55,129 nt of DNA from Candidatus Nanopelagicaceae bacterium (GCA_947460855.1 CANHGU010000001.1:1-55129); one strand, 5' to 3'; positions 1 to 12,978 are shown, counted from the first letter of the stretch. A program made the numbers and translations. The notes: a model not told the origin generated them from the sequence alone.

Positions 1-40
1 AAAAGCTGCTAAAGAAAGTATCGAGAAATCTGGTGAATAA
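1..40 (+). CDS. 3' end of upstream gene, possibly transketolase (partial)
   Basis: Frame 2 reads KAAKESIEKSGE-TAA (stop 38-40). It resembles the AA(R/K)ES(L/I) C-terminus of actinobacterial transketolases, and tkt normally lies upstream of pgi at this locus. Only 12 codons are visible. Confidence 0.4.
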   Translation, partial: KAAKESIEKSGE

Positions 41-120
41 GCTGCCCTTTCAATTTCTCATATTTCTACCAATATCTTCAGATTGTTACATGCTATGAAG
101 GATCCATTGCTGGAACTAAT

Positions 121-1635
121 ATGAAAATATCTGGAATTAAAGCTAACAATGTTGATCTAAGTATATTGGCCGATTTAAATGCTGTTGCAAAAAGATTAGC
201 CAACCAGGATTCAACAATTTGGGGACCTAATACCGAAGCTAAAACCAGGCTTAACTGGGTAACTCTTCCAATAAAATCAAGAGAGCTACTACCAATATTA
301 GATGCCATATCGGCATGGTCACGTAGTTATGGTCATGAATATTTTATTTTGTGTGGAATGGGTGGTTCATCTTTGGCTCCAGAAGTAATTGCTTCAACAT
401 ATAGAAAATCGCTAGTGGTTCTTGATTCTACTGATCCTGCACAAATTCTAAATTCATTACCAGGTGACCTAAGTAAAACATTAGTAATTATTAGCTCTAA
501 ATCTGGCACAACTATAGAAACACAATCTCAATTTGAATTTTATAAGAAAAAATTCATTGATAACAATCTTGATCCTCTTGATCATATTATTATGATTACC
601 GATCCGGGTACTTTATTCGATGAATCGAGTAGATCAGCCGGATATAAAGTTATCAACGCAGACCCTAATGTCGGCGGTAGATTTAGCGCCCTCTCTGCAT
701 TCGGTTTGGTTCCAGCTGCGCTACTGGGTGTAGACGTTTCAATACTACTTGATGACGCAGAGAAAGTAAGTAAAAGTTTTGTTGATTTAAATTCACCAGC
801 CGCGGTGATAGCTGCTGCTCTTTATTCACTTACTGATCAATTTATTGAATTTAGTGATTCGAACTCACATACTGCTGGTTTGTCAGATTGGATTGAGCAA
901 CTAATTGCTGAATCCACTGGAAAAGATAAGACCGGACGTTTGCCGGTGATTGTGGAAGAAGTGTCTAGTTCGGCTTCAACTATTAAAATTGGCTTCGCCG
1001 AGGGTCCATACGATCTAATAATTGAAGCAACCCTAGGTGAGCAATTTATATTATGGGAATGGGTAACAGCATTACTCTGTTATCTACTTAGAGTAGATCC
1101 ATTTAATCAGCCAAATGTTACGGAAGCAAAAGATCGGACCTCAAACATTCTTGGCACTAAGAGTGGCGATACGCTGACGATTCCACCTTTGGTTTTTGAA
1201 GATACTGATTTTGCAATTTTTTCTTACATAAATTTAAGCAGCATTTCAGAGTTTATTAAATTGTCAACAGGTTATTTCGCGGTAATGGCTTACCTCACCC
1301 GGGGCAAGGACGATGAAATTATTAAGATAAGGTCATTGATTTCCACCAAAAGTAATGTCCCAACAACATTTGGTTGGGGGCCAAGATTTTTACATTCAAC
1401 TGGACAGTTTCATAAAGGTGGGCAGACAAATGGCGCTTTTATTCAAATAACTGGTGAAATTGATGTTGATGTACTGATTCCTAATAAAGAATTTACCTTT
1501 AAGCAATTGCAGATGGCACAGGCACTTGGTGATGCACAAGCCCTATCTGAGAGGGGTTTGCCTATTATTAGAATCCATCTAAAGAATAGAAAGAAAGGAA
1601 TATCTAGAATTATTGCTGAATTAGAAAAAAATTAG
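121..1635 (+). CDS. pgi: glucose-6-phosphate isomerase (type resembling the PGI half of Tal-Pgi fusions)
   Basis: GMGGSSL, SSKSGTTIET, VGGRFSALS, EQLIAESTGK, DPFNQPNVTEAK and GPRFLHSTGQFHKGG motifs. Confidence 0.92.
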   Translation: MKISGIKANNVDLSILADLNAVAKRLANQDSTIWGPNTEAKTRLNWVTLPIKSRELLPILDAISAWSRSYGHEYFILCGMGGSSLAPEVIASTYRKSLVVLDSTDPAQILNSLPGDLSKTLVIISSKSGTTIETQSQFEFYKKKFIDNNLDPLDHIIMITDPGTLFDESSRSAGYKVINADPNVGGRFSALSAFGLVPAALLGVDVSILLDDAEKVSKSFVDLNSPAAVIAAALYSLTDQFIEFSDSNSHTAGLSDWIEQLIAESTGKDKTGRLPVIVEEVSSSASTIKIGFAEGPYDLIIEATLGEQFILWEWVTALLCYLLRVDPFNQPNVTEAKDRTSNILGTKSGDTLTIPPLVFEDTDFAIFSYINLSSISEFIKLSTGYFAVMAYLTRGKDDEIIKIRSLISTKSNVPTTFGWGPRFLHSTGQFHKGGQTNGAFIQITGEIDVDVLIPNKEFTFKQLQMAQALGDAQALSERGLPIIRIHLKNRKKGISRIIAELEKN

Positions 1636-1973
1636 TCGTCGCCGCGTAATTTCTTAAGCGCAATATCTAAAACCTTATTTGCTTCTGCTTCCGTCCGTCG
1701 TTCCTTAACATAGGCTAAGTGAGTTTTATATGGCTCATTTTTCATGGGCATTGGAGGCTTATTTTTGTCCTGGCCTGCAGGGAATCCGCAACGCGGACAA
1801 TCCCACTCAGCCGGAACTTCAACTGTTCCATCTTCAGCAAATGAAGGCTTTGTTTCATGCCCATTCGCGCACCAATATGAAACTCTAAAACGAGCAATAG
1901 ATTCACCGCGCTCAGCTTCCCCCATTGGACCAGCACCAACACGGCTGCCACGAATTGCACTTCCACCGGCCAT
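1632..1973 (-). CDS. rbpA: RNA polymerase-binding protein A
   Basis: AIRGSRVG N-terminus, CANGH...WDCPRCG core, KTHLAYVKERR sigma-interacting region; lies downstream of secG. Confidence 0.93.
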   Translation of the reverse strand: MAGGSAIRGSRVGAGPMGEAERGESIARFRVSYWCANGHETKPSFAEDGTVEVPAEWDCPRCGFPAGQDKNKPPMPMKNEPYKTHLAYVKERRTEAEANKVLDIALKKLRGDD

Positions 1974-1988
1974 CTTTACTCCTTTTTC

Positions 1989-2219
1989 TTAATTCTTTAG
2001 CAATAAACTAAGAGCTACTACTGAGGCAAACCATACGCCACCAACAACAATTGTGATTCGATCCAAATTTTTCTCTACAACAGATGAACCGCCATAGGTT
2101 GATGAAATTCCACCACCGAAAAGATCTGACAAACCTGAACCTTTGCCTTTATGAAGCAGCACCAAAACAATCATTAGTATGCTTGATACGACAAGAATAA
2201 TTGATAGTGCTAAGTTCAT
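1989..2219 (-). CDS. secG: preprotein translocase subunit SecG
   Basis: Two TM helices flanking LLHKGKGSGLSDLFGGG; EKNLDRIT. Confidence 0.95.
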   Translation of the reverse strand: MNLALSIILVVSSILMIVLVLLHKGKGSGLSDLFGGGISSTYGGSSVVEKNLDRITIVVGGVWFASVVALSLLLKN

Positions 2220-2303
2220 TTACTCGCCTTCATCTGATTGGTCATACCCTTTAGCTAATGCAAAGGATACTATCTTTTCCATCATTTTTCGCAATTGGCC
2301 TGT

Positions 2304-3086
2304 TTATGCCTTATTGAGCACTCTGTGAAATTTTGAAATTCGAGCGAATTCTTCAGGATCTAGGGAGGCCCCACCCACTAGAGCTCCATCGACATCTTCC
2401 TCTTTCATAATTTCCAATGTATTAATTGACTTAACGGAACCACCATAAAGAATTCTGCAGTTATCTGCAATCTCATCGCTTCCAATTTTCCTCAACTCTT
2501 CACGAATTGCAGCGCAAACTTCTTGCGCATTCTCGGGAGTAGCTGTTTTGCCAGTACCAATCGCCCAGACTGGCTCATAAGCAATAACTATTTTTTTCAA
2601 ATCTGGCTTATGAAAACCTTTAAGAGCATTACGTAATTGATCTAAAACATGAGGTATGTGATTTCCAGCTTCACGAATTGCCAGCTCTTCCCCTACACAA
2701 AGTATCGGTTTGATCTCATTAGCTAAGGCTGCCTTTATTTTTTTATTTATCAATTGATCATCTTCTTTATGGTTAGCGCGACGTTCACTATGTCCAATTA
2801 ATACATACGTACAGCCTAATTTTGCAAGCATCGATCCAGAAATATCACCAGTATGAGCACCGGAATCGAAGGCAGAAAGATCCTGTGCACCATAAAGTAA
2901 ACGTATCCGGTCGCCATCAATCAAAGTTTGAACTGAGCGAATATCAGTAAATGGCGGAATAATTACAACCTCTACTGCATCATAATCTCGATCCTCTAAT
3001 GAATAAGCGAGTTTTTGAGTAACTGCAATCGCCTCTAGATGATTTAAATTCATCTTCCAATTACCTGCAATTAACGGTTTGCGCAT
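2304..3086 (-). CDS. tpiA: triosephosphate isomerase
   Basis: [36 protein letters not shown]. Confidence 0.99.
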   Translation of the reverse strand: MRKPLIAGNWKMNLNHLEAIAVTQKLAYSLEDRDYDAVEVVIIPPFTDIRSVQTLIDGDRIRLLYGAQDLSAFDSGAHTGDISGSMLAKLGCTYVLIGHSERRANHKEDDQLINKKIKAALANEIKPILCVGEELAIREAGNHIPHVLDQLRNALKGFHKPDLKKIVIAYEPVWAIGTGKTATPENAQEVCAAIREELRKIGSDEIADNCRILYGGSVKSINTLEIMKEEDVDGALVGGASLDPEEFARISKFHRVLNKA

Positions 3087-3098
3087 TTTTCTCTTTCC

Positions 3099-4283
3099 TT
3101 ATTTGAGAGCTACAAGGCCTGGCAATTCTTTGCCTTCCAGGTATTCAAGAGATGCTCCACCACCTGTTGAAATATAGCCGAAATCCTTATCTTCGAATCC
3201 TAGTTTACGAACAGCGGCTGCAGAATCTCCCCCGCCGACAACTGCTATCCCCTCAACCTGAGTTAGAGCTTGGGCTATAACTTTAGTTCCCTGAGCGAAG
3301 TTAGAGAACTCAAAAACCCCCATTGGTCCGTTCCAAAATACCGTTTTACATAATTTTATTTCACTAGCAAAACTTTCCGCACTCTCTGGGCCAATGTCTA
3401 ACCCCATTTGGTCAGAAGGAATTTTATCTGAAGCAACAATTGTTCCTTCGGAATCTGATAAAAACTCTTTGGCTACTACTATGTCGGTTGGAAGTAAAAA
3501 TTTAACACCAAGTTTTTCAGCTCTAATTAGTAACTCCTTGACTGTCTCAATCAAATCTTTTTCAACCAAAGACTTCCCAATTTCCTTACCCTGAGCAGCT
3601 AAAAATGTGAAAACCATTCCTCCACCAATCGCTATAACATTGGCCTTGTCCAATAAGTTTGAAATAACACCTATTTTGTCTGACACTTTTGCTCCACCGA
3701 GTACAACTCCATATGGTCTACTTGGATTCTTTGTTAACTGTTCTAATACCTTAACCTCTGCTGAAATAAGATCTCCGGCAGCATGAGGAAGCAAATTAGC
3801 TAATTCATAAACAGAGGCATGCTTTCGATGTACTGCTCCAAAGCCATCGCCGATATATAGATCGCCGTAAGTTGCCAACTCAGTTGCTAGTTTTATTCTT
3901 TCTGACTCATCTTTACTAGTTTCATAGCTTTCAAACCTAATATTTTCTAACATTAATATTTCACCAGGTTTTAGATCCAGTGCTTGCTTAATAACACCAG
4001 TAATCTCTGTTGAAAACTTAACCTCTCGTTTAAGTAATTCACTTAATTTTTCTGCGACCGGAGCAAGTGAAAGATCTTTCTTCTTTTCACCCTTAGGTCT
4101 ACCAAGGTGGGCAATAATTACGATTGAGCAATTCGCCTCAAGTAGCTTCTTAATTGTAGATAAGGAGGCAATAATTCTACCGGGATCACCAATTACACCA
4201 TCTTTAATAGGAACGTTTAAATCACAACGCAGAATAACTTTAGAATTGCGTGGATTTAATTCAGATAGTGTCTTAATGCCCAT
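3099..4283 (-). CDS. pgk: phosphoglycerate kinase
   Basis: RCDLNVP, HLGRP, GGAKVSDK, WNGPMGVFE, GGGDS, STGGGASLE. Confidence 0.99.
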   Translation of the reverse strand: MGIKTLSELNPRNSKVILRCDLNVPIKDGVIGDPGRIIASLSTIKKLLEANCSIVIIAHLGRPKGEKKKDLSLAPVAEKLSELLKREVKFSTEITGVIKQALDLKPGEILMLENIRFESYETSKDESERIKLATELATYGDLYIGDGFGAVHRKHASVYELANLLPHAAGDLISAEVKVLEQLTKNPSRPYGVVLGGAKVSDKIGVISNLLDKANVIAIGGGMVFTFLAAQGKEIGKSLVEKDLIETVKELLIRAEKLGVKFLLPTDIVVAKEFLSDSEGTIVASDKIPSDQMGLDIGPESAESFASEIKLCKTVFWNGPMGVFEFSNFAQGTKVIAQALTQVEGIAVVGGGDSAAAVRKLGFEDKDFGYISTGGGASLEYLEGKELPGLVALK

Positions 4284-4288
4284 CTAAA

Positions 4289-5314
<1,026 letters not shown>

Positions 5315-5346
5315 TTAGATTATTCACACAGCATTGTGAGGTTCAT

Positions 5347-5355
5347 ATCTTAGCA
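5347..5355 (-). promoter_or_regulatory. putative extended -10 promoter for gap-pgk-tpiA
   Basis: Minus strand TGC-TAAGAT (TGn + TAnnnT) about 55 nt upstream of the gap ATG, in the whiA-gap intergenic region. Confidence 0.5.
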
Positions 5356-5369
5356 TCCGAACGGAGAGG

Positions 5370-6347
5370 TCAATTCAATAAATCTGGGCTGATACTTGCC
5401 TCTGTATCAGGCACACCCAATTCACGAGCACGTTTATCAGCCATCGCCAATAATCGCCTGATACGGCCCGCAATTGCATCTTTAGTCATTGGCGGTGTGG
5501 CAAGTGAACCTAACTCCTCCAGGCTTGCCTGACCATGATTGACTCTAAGTTCACCTGCTTCTTTTAAATGATCTGGAATCTCACTACCAAGTATCTCCAT
5601 CGCTCTTTGAACTCTTGCTGATGCAGCAACTGCAGCTCTGGCAGATCTGCGCAAATTAGCATCATCAAAATTAGCTAATCGATTTGCAGTTGCGCGAACT
5701 TCTCGTCTCATCCGTCTTTCTTCCCAAGCTAAAACTGTTTCATGCGCACCAAGCCTGGTAAGTAACGCTCCGATTGCATCTCCATCTCTTATAACAACAC
5801 GATCAACACTTCTAACCTCTCTTGCCTTGGCGGTAATCCCTAATCTTCTTGCCGCTCCTACTAGGGCTAGGGCTGCCTCGGGGCCTGGACACGTGATTTC
5901 AAGTGCGGAAGATCGACCCGGCTCTGTTAGAGAACCATGTGCTAAAAATGCACCGCGCCATGCCGCTTCTGAATCGCAAATAGCTGCCGAAACAACCTGA
6001 GGTGGTAATCCTCTAATTGGTCGATTATTAGCATCAACTAGACCTGTTTGTCTTGCAAGTGCATCACCATCTGCTAAAACTCTAACGATATACCTACTGC
6101 CTTTACGAATTCCTCCAGATGAAACAACAGAAAGCTCGCTTTCATGGCCAAATACTTCAGAAATATCTTTTCTTAACCTACGTGCAGATTGAGCTGTATC
6201 TAGCTCAACTTCAATTATTATTTTTCCAGCTGCGATATGTAGACCTCCAGCAAATCTAAGCAGTGCAGAAACTTCTGCTTTTCGACAACATGGCTTAGTT
6301 ATCGAGAGCCTACCTAGCTCATCTTTAACAGCTTCTGTCATTGCCAT
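5370..6347 (-). CDS. whiA: cell-division/sporulation DNA-binding protein WhiA
   Basis: MAMT..VKDEL start, [47 protein letters not shown]; AGGAG SD upstream. Confidence 0.97.
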   Translation of the reverse strand: MAMTEAVKDELGRLSITKPCCRKAEVSALLRFAGGLHIAAGKIIIEVELDTAQSARRLRKDISEVFGHESELSVVSSGGIRKGSRYIVRVLADGDALARQTGLVDANNRPIRGLPPQVVSAAICDSEAAWRGAFLAHGSLTEPGRSSALEITCPGPEAALALVGAARRLGITAKAREVRSVDRVVIRDGDAIGALLTRLGAHETVLAWEERRMRREVRATANRLANFDDANLRRSARAAVAASARVQRAMEILGSEIPDHLKEAGELRVNHGQASLEELGSLATPPMTKDAIAGRIRRLLAMADKRARELGVPDTEASISPDLLN

Positions 6348-6386
6348 TTAATCTCCTAACAAGTTATGGGGTTATCTAAGCAGGTC

Positions 6387-7319
6387 TTAATCAAAAATGT
6401 GGCCAAAAGCCGAAACTAATTTATCCCTATCATGGTGGAAAGTTTGCTTGTTATCTGCTAAGTCAAAGTCAAGAACCTGCCCACCGCATTTAGTCACTAA
6501 ATCATTAAATTTGGGCTCAGTATTAGATAGAGATTTATCAATCAAAGCTACATCTATATTCAGATCAGGGATGTGATCCAAAATTAGTTGGAGATGGGCT
6601 TCTAGCGAAAATCCTGAGAACTCATCAGAAATATGTTTATCCGGTAGATTAAAAATCATGATCTTCTTTGCCTTACTATTTTTTATTTGCTTAGCCTGCT
6701 CCTTAAGCAGAAAATGAGGCATAACACTAGATAGCCATGAACCTGGGCCAATTGTTATCCAATCAGCAGCAGCTATTGCAGATAAGGCTTCTGGTGTCGC
6801 TTTAGGTGTATCAGGAATTAGTCGTAATTCCTTTACTTTACCTACTGCGGCCGCAACCTGAACTTGGCCTCTAACTAAATTAATTCCACTCTTACTTTCA
6901 AAACTTCCTTCGATATCTAATGGCTCTAATGCCATTGGCAGCACGCGCCCAACTACCTTGAGTAACTGACCAACTCGATCTAAACCTTTAACCGGGTCTC
7001 CATCTCGATCCCAAAGTGCAGTTAAAAGCAAGTTTCCAACTGCGTGATTATCCATTTCGCCTTGACTGGTAAATCGATACTGCATTATCTGCGCCCAGCT
7101 TCTACCCCACTCATCATCTGCACAAAGTGCGGCAAGTGCCATACGTAAATCTCCTGGCGGAAGGGAATTAAATTCGGCACGCAACCTGCCAGATGATCCG
7201 CCATTATCTGCAACGGTTACTACAGCAGTAACTTGATTAGTAAGAGTTCGCATTGCTGCAAGGGTCGCAGCAAGTCCATGACCTCCGCCTAGACAGACAA
7301 CCTTGGGATTTGAGTTCAT
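6387..7319 (-). CDS. yvcK: YvcK/CuvA family gluconeogenesis factor (UDP-GlcNAc-binding)
   Basis: GGGHGL, VTVADNGGSSGRLR, PPGDLR, GPGSW; sits in the rapZ-yvcK-whiA cluster. Confidence 0.93.
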   Translation of the reverse strand: MNSNPKVVCLGGGHGLAATLAAMRTLTNQVTAVVTVADNGGSSGRLRAEFNSLPPGDLRMALAALCADDEWGRSWAQIMQYRFTSQGEMDNHAVGNLLLTALWDRDGDPVKGLDRVGQLLKVVGRVLPMALEPLDIEGSFESKSGINLVRGQVQVAAAVGKVKELRLIPDTPKATPEALSAIAAADWITIGPGSWLSSVMPHFLLKEQAKQIKNSKAKKIMIFNLPDKHISDEFSGFSLEAHLQLILDHIPDLNIDVALIDKSLSNTEPKFNDLVTKCGGQVLDFDLADNKQTFHHDRDKLVSAFGHIFD

Positions 7320-7320
7320 G

Positions 7321-8199
7321 CTAAATCTCTCTGCCTAAGTCTCGGTGCATAGCCTGCGTTTCAATTCTATAACTACTTAATTTTTCACACTTTATCAACC
7401 GTTTAACTAATTCAACGGTGACTGCTACCGATCTATGCTTTCCGCCAGTACAGCCAATAGCTAATGTTAGAAATTTTCTACCCTCTGTTATGAAACCTAA
7501 CGCCATGGTCTCAAATAGTGCTTGATACCTATCTAGAAATTCTTGTACGTTTTCGGCCCTAAGTACAGCATCGCTGACAGGTTTATCTAACCCTGACAGC
7601 GGGCGAAGCTCTGGTACCCAATGAGGGTTAGCAATGAATCTGCAATCCACTACAAGATCTGCATCAACCGGAATTCCATACTTATAACCAAAAGAAAGGA
7701 TGTTAACTCGCAAATCAGCGCCTGAGTCCTCATGAAAATTATCGGCAATCTTTTTTTCTAGTTGATGAATATTTAAAGCAGATGAATCAATAACTAAATC
7801 TGCTGCATCGCGGACTTCACGTAGCCTGTCTCGTTCTTTAGCAATTCCATCCAAAATTCGATCTGATCCTTGAAGTGGGTGAGGTCTTCTAGTTGATTCA
7901 AATCTTCTAACTAAAACATCATCAGCGGCATCAACAAAAAGAATTTTTTTATAAATCCCTTGCCCTGCTAGATCGGCAAGTGATTTAGTTAAATCTCCAA
8001 AAAAAGCCCGCCCTCTTACATCAACAACTACTGCGATTTTTTTCTCAGAGGTAGTCACTAGTTCAATTAGATTACCAAGCAATGCTGGTGGCAAATTATC
8101 AACAACATACCACCCTAGATCTTCTAAGGAGTGCGCCACCGTTGATCTACCAGCACCGCTCATGCCGGTAATGATTAGGATTTCGGTATCACCATTCAT
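7321..8199 (-). CDS. rapZ: RNase adapter RapZ / YvcJ family P-loop protein
   Basis: TGMSGAGRS, VVDNLPP, RRPHPL, SFGYKYG, GCTGGKHRSV, HRD. Confidence 0.95.
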   Translation of the reverse strand: MNGDTEILIITGMSGAGRSTVAHSLEDLGWYVVDNLPPALLGNLIELVTTSEKKIAVVVDVRGRAFFGDLTKSLADLAGQGIYKKILFVDAADDVLVRRFESTRRPHPLQGSDRILDGIAKERDRLREVRDAADLVIDSSALNIHQLEKKIADNFHEDSGADLRVNILSFGYKYGIPVDADLVVDCRFIANPHWVPELRPLSGLDKPVSDAVLRAENVQEFLDRYQALFETMALGFITEGRKFLTLAIGCTGGKHRSVAVTVELVKRLIKCEKLSSYRIETQAMHRDLGREI

Positions 8200-8220
8200 G
8201 CCAATATCTTGCTATACCTG

Positions 8221-10134
8221 TCAAGCATCTAAAATTTCACCAGTTTGCATATCTATATTTAGAGGCAAATCTTGATTTTTAATCTGCTGAACAATAGTTT
8301 GCGCCATTTTTCCGCCAATTCCAGGCACGCTTGCAAGCTCATCAACTGTGGCAGCCTTTAGCGCTGTTACCGATCCAAAGTGAGTCAGTAAAGATTTTCG
8401 TCGAATTTCCCCAAGGCCTGGAACTTCATCAAGTAGTGATTCAAGCATTACCTTCGATCGTTTGCTTCTATGAAAATTTATTGCAAATCGATGTGCTTCA
8501 TCCCGTAACTTTTGTAATAAATAAAGAGCTTCACTATGTCTTGGAAAAATTATTGGCTCGCTGTTGTTAGGTAACCACACCTCTTCTAGTCGCTTTGCTA
8601 GTCCGCAAAGTGCTACATCTGTAATGCCTAGTTCTCGCAATGCTTTCGCCGCTGCATTAACTTGTGGTTTTCCTCCATCAACGACGACTAATTGTGGAGG
8701 GTAGGCAAATTTTGGACGTTGACCGCCTTGCGCAGTGGCTTCAGCAATATCAATATCCTTCTCATCTAAATAACGCTTGAATCGACGTGTAATAACATGA
8801 TGCATCGCTCGAGTGTCATCGAAACCAGCTTCATCTGATATAGAAAATCTGCGGTAATCGGTTTTCTTTGGTTGTCCATCCTCAAATACCACCATTGAAG
8901 CGACCATGCTAGTTCCTTGAATATTTGAGATATCAAAACATTCTATTCTAAGCGGTAGCTCTGCTAGCTCTAATTGTTCAGCAATTTCAGCCAGAGCAGA
9001 ACCACTCACTGCAGCGTCGTTTGCCCTTTTGCTTAAATATTGAATCAGAGATTGATGAGCATTTCGCTTTACAGTATGTACCAACTCTAATTTTTCACCG
9101 CGCTGTGGCTGGATCAAAGCTACATTCTTTCCGCGCCGCTCACTTAACCACTGCTCAAGTAATTTCGAGTCCTCTGGTAAATGATCTACCAAGATTTCAG
9201 CTGGCGGCTTACTCTCAGCATAAATTTTTCCAAGCATTGCCGAGATTATTCCTTCATCTTCAAGCAAATTTGCTCGATCTACTATCCAAGAACGTGATCC
9301 AGTTATTCGACCTGCAGTAATGATAAATTGTGACAAAGCCGCATGAGTTATCTCCTCATGAATTGCCAAAACATCAGCGTCGATGTTCTCATTTAAAAAT
9401 CGGTCAGTTGATTCAAACGCTTTATTTACTGCCTCAAGTTGATCCCGTAATTTAGCCGCTTTTTCAAACTCCTCAGCTGCAGCTGCAGCCTTCATCTCAT
9501 CTTCAATTCGAGTTGATATTTCTTCTGGGGATTTTTCCAAAAAGTTAACTAGATCATTTGCTAATTTATGATGCTCATCTGGGCTCACCCAATTTACGCA
9601 CGGTGCAGCACATTTGCCAATATCTCCTAGTAAGCACTGTCTTTTACTTCTTATAGCAGATTGAAAATTTGATTCACTACAAGTACGAACTGGATATATT
9701 TTTATTAAAGTTTCAAAAGTACTTCTTAAGGCCCATGCATGAGAGTACGGGCCGAAGTACCTAACTCCGGGAATCTTCTTTGACCTAGAAATAAACAATC
9801 TTGGAAATTCAGAGTTTAAATCGATTGCCAAATGCGGATAGGATTTGTCATCTTTAAATTGCACATTAAAATCTGGGTTGTACTGCTTAATCCAAGTAAA
9901 CTCTAATTGGAGAGCCTCAACCTCTGTCTTAACTAGAGTCCAATCAACACGTACAGCGGTATTTACCATTTTCCTAGTTTTAACTTGCAAATTAGTACCA
10001 AAATATGAACTAAGTCGATTTTTTATATTCTTTGCTTTTCCGACATAAATTACCTTTTCATCTTTATCGAAGAAGCGATAAACACCAGGATCGGTCGGTA
10101 AATTAGTCGGGCGATAACTCTGTGGGTCGGCCAT
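8221..10134 (-). CDS. uvrC: excinuclease ABC subunit C
   Basis: GIY-YIG domain (PGVYRF..IYVGKAK), RIECFDIS, DGGKPQ, RDEAHRFA, C-terminal HhH. Confidence 0.98.
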   Translation of the reverse strand: MADPQSYRPTNLPTDPGVYRFFDKDEKVIYVGKAKNIKNRLSSYFGTNLQVKTRKMVNTAVRVDWTLVKTEVEALQLEFTWIKQYNPDFNVQFKDDKSYPHLAIDLNSEFPRLFISRSKKIPGVRYFGPYSHAWALRSTFETLIKIYPVRTCSESNFQSAIRSKRQCLLGDIGKCAAPCVNWVSPDEHHKLANDLVNFLEKSPEEISTRIEDEMKAAAAAEEFEKAAKLRDQLEAVNKAFESTDRFLNENIDADVLAIHEEITHAALSQFIITAGRITGSRSWIVDRANLLEDEGIISAMLGKIYAESKPPAEILVDHLPEDSKLLEQWLSERRGKNVALIQPQRGEKLELVHTVKRNAHQSLIQYLSKRANDAAVSGSALAEIAEQLELAELPLRIECFDISNIQGTSMVASMVVFEDGQPKKTDYRRFSISDEAGFDDTRAMHHVITRRFKRYLDEKDIDIAEATAQGGQRPKFAYPPQLVVVDGGKPQVNAAAKALRELGITDVALCGLAKRLEEVWLPNNSEPIIFPRHSEALYLLQKLRDEAHRFAINFHRSKRSKVMLESLLDEVPGLGEIRRKSLLTHFGSVTALKAATVDELASVPGIGGKMAQTIVQQIKNQDLPLNIDMQTGEILDA

Positions 10135-10137
10135 GAT

Positions 10138-12978
10138 CTACTTCTTTAGTACTTGTGCTAAAAACTTTCCGGTATAGCTCTTACTGTTTTTAACAATATC
10201 TTCAGGTCGTCCTTCGGCCACTACTAACCCACCACCAGAACCGCCCTCTGGACCTAAATCAATAACCCAGTCGGCTGATTTAATGACATCCAAGTTATGC
10301 TCAATTACGATAACAGTGTTGCCAGTATCAACTAATCTATTCAAAACAAGAAGTAACTTTCGAACATCTTCAAAATGCAGACCAGTAGTTGGCTCATCTA
10401 ATACATAAATTGTTCTTCCAGTTGATCTGCGTTGTAACTCAGTCGCTAGTTTTACTCTCTGTGCCTCTCCCCCAGAAAGAGTAGGAGCTGATTGACCGAG
10501 CCTTACATAACCTAGCCCAACATCACAAAGGGTTTTTAGGAATCTAGCAATTGCAGGTACCGACTCAAAAAAATTATTTGCTTCCTCTATTGGCATATCA
10601 AGTACTTGAGCAATTGTTTTACCCTTGTAGTGCACTTCTAGAGTTTCTCGGTTATACCTCGCACCATGACAAACCTCACATGGTACGTAAACATCAGGTA
10701 AAAAATTCATCTCGATAGTTATCGTTCCATCACCAGAACAGTTCTCACATCTGCCGCCTTTTACATTGAAGGAAAATCTGCCTTGTTGGTAACCACGAAC
10801 CTTGGCTTCACTCGTCTCGGCAAAAAGTGCTCTTACTTTGTCAAAGACACCGGTATAGGTTGCAGGATTTGATCTAGGCGTTCTACCAATAGGTGATTGA
10901 TCAACATGAACAACTTTATCTAGTTGATCAAGCCCGGTAATAGTTCGATGGCGCCCAGGAACAATTCTGGCTCCGTTTAATTTATTAGCAAGTACTGAAT
11001 ACAAAATATCATTTACTAGGGTTGATTTACCAGATCCACTAACACCAGTAACGGCCACAAATGCAGCTAATGGAAAGGTTACATCAATATTTTGTAGATT
11101 GTTCTCCTTTGCTGCTTTGACTGTTAAAGATTTCTTCTCATCAATTAATCGTCGCTTTTTTGGAATTGCAATTACTGATTTACCCGATAGGTAAGCACCA
11201 GTAATTGAATTCTTAGCTGCAATTAATTGCTCATAACTACCAGATGAAACAACCTCTCCACCATGTTCACCAGCGCCAGGACCGATATCAACAATCCAAT
11301 CTGCAGTTCTTATCGTGTCTTCATCATGCTCTACAACAATTAAAGTATTACCTAGGTCGCGTAGCCTTGTTAGAGTTTCAATCAATTTTCGATTGTCTCG
11401 TTGATGCAGGCCAATACTTGGCTCATCCAATACGTATAGAACTCCGGTTAAACCAGAACCAATTTGAGTTGCAAGCCTAATTCGCTGTGCTTCACCACCG
11501 GATAAAGTTGCTGCAGGCCTTGCTAAAGATAGGTAATCAAGTCCAACATCAAGTAGAAAACCTAATCGAGCATGGACCTCTTTTAACACTCGCTCTGCGA
11601 TCTTTTTCTCTCGCGCTGATAGTGAAATTTCTTTCAGAAAAACAGCGCATTCGGCAATTGAAAATTCACAAATTTGGGCGATATTTTTTCCACCCAATGT
11701 CACTGCTAGCACCTCCGGCTTTAGCCGACTGCCACTGCAAACTGGACAAGGTGTTTGCCGCATATATGCCTCATATTTATCGCGGCTGAAATCGCTATCA
11801 GTTTCTGAATGTCTTCTATGAATAAATGGAATAACCCCTTCAAAACCGGTTGTGTAATTTCGGACTCTGCCGTAACGGTTCTTATACTTTACATGTACCT
11901 CATAATCCCAGCCATGCAGAATTGCATCTTTTACCTTTTCAGATAGTTTCTTCCATGGATTATCAAGTGAAAACTTAAGGTCAGTTGCAAGTCCTTCTAA
12001 TAATCGCAAGAAGTACTCTGCAGATTGACCGCCAGACCAAGGAGCAATTGCACCCTCATAGATTGAAATTGAATCATCTGGAATCAATAATTCCTCATCA
12101 ACCTCAAGTTTTGTACCAATTCCGGAGCAATCTGGGCACGCACCGAATGGTGAATTAAATGAAAAGGATCTCGGTTCTAACTCTTCAAAAGATAATTCAC
12201 AATTATGGCAAGCCATATGCTCGCTAAAAGTTTTTTCTTTATCTGCATCTCCAGCTTTTAAATCAACAAAATCTAATATCACCAAGCCGCTAGCTAATCT
12301 AAGCGCAGTTTCAATAGAGTCTGTAATACGTGATTTACTTTCAACTTTAACACTTAAGCGATCTACGACAACTTCAATTGTGTGCTTCTCCTGTTTTTTA
12401 AGTTTTGGTACCTCTGAGATTTGATATACAATTCCATCTACTCTAACTCTGGAATAACCTTGAGTTGTAAAATCTTTAAATAAATCAAGAAACTCACCTT
12501 TTCTGGCCCTAATTACTGGAGCTAAAACTTGAAATTTACTCCCCTCATTCATTTGCAAGATCTGATCAACAATATTCTGCGGTGTTTGCTTTGCAATTTC
12601 TTTACCGCACTTCGGACAGTGAGGTTTTCCGGCACGAGCAAATAAAAGACGTAGGTAGTCATAAACTTCAGTAATGGTGCCAACGGTTGAGCGTGGATTT
12701 CGATTTGTAGATTTTTGATCAATTGAAACTGCTGGTGATAACCCCTCTATAAAATCGACATCAGGTTTATCCATTTGCCCTAAAAATTGGCGAGCATAAG
12801 CAGACAGAGATTCAACATATCGGCGTTGCCCTTCAGCAAAAATCGTATCAAAAGCAAGCGAAGATTTTCCAGAGCCAGATAAACCAGTAAAAACAATTAG
12901 TGCATTGCGGGGCATATCTAGTGAAACATTTTTAAGATTATGCTCACGTGCACCACGAACTATTAAACGATCATTCAT
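10138..12978 (-). CDS. uvrA: excinuclease ABC subunit A
   Basis: GAREHNLKN, two ABC ATPase cassettes (GLSGSGKS; GVSGSGKS; LSGGEAQR x2), Zn-finger CxxC pairs. Confidence 0.99.
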   Translation of the reverse strand: MNDRLIVRGAREHNLKNVSLDMPRNALIVFTGLSGSGKSSLAFDTIFAEGQRRYVESLSAYARQFLGQMDKPDVDFIEGLSPAVSIDQKSTNRNPRSTVGTITEVYDYLRLLFARAGKPHCPKCGKEIAKQTPQNIVDQILQMNEGSKFQVLAPVIRARKGEFLDLFKDFTTQGYSRVRVDGIVYQISEVPKLKKQEKHTIEVVVDRLSVKVESKSRITDSIETALRLASGLVILDFVDLKAGDADKEKTFSEHMACHNCELSFEELEPRSFSFNSPFGACPDCSGIGTKLEVDEELLIPDDSISIYEGAIAPWSGGQSAEYFLRLLEGLATDLKFSLDNPWKKLSEKVKDAILHGWDYEVHVKYKNRYGRVRNYTTGFEGVIPFIHRRHSETDSDFSRDKYEAYMRQTPCPVCSGSRLKPEVLAVTLGGKNIAQICEFSIAECAVFLKEISLSAREKKIAERVLKEVHARLGFLLDVGLDYLSLARPAATLSGGEAQRIRLATQIGSGLTGVLYVLDEPSIGLHQRDNRKLIETLTRLRDLGNTLIVVEHDEDTIRTADWIVDIGPGAGEHGGEVVSSGSYEQLIAAKNSITGAYLSGKSVIAIPKKRRLIDEKKSLTVKAAKENNLQNIDVTFPLAAFVAVTGVSGSGKSTLVNDILYSVLANKLNGARIVPGRHRTITGLDQLDKVVHVDQSPIGRTPRSNPATYTGVFDKVRALFAETSEAKVRGYQQGRFSFNVKGGRCENCSGDGTITIEMNFLPDVYVPCEVCHGARYNRETLEVHYKGKTIAQVLDMPIEEANNFFESVPAIARFLKTLCDVGLGYVRLGQSAPTLSGGEAQRVKLATELQRRSTGRTIYVLDEPTTGLHFEDVRKLLLVLNRLVDTGNTVIVIEHNLDVIKSADWVIDLGPEGGSGGGLVVAEGRPEDIVKNSKSYTGKFLAQVLKK

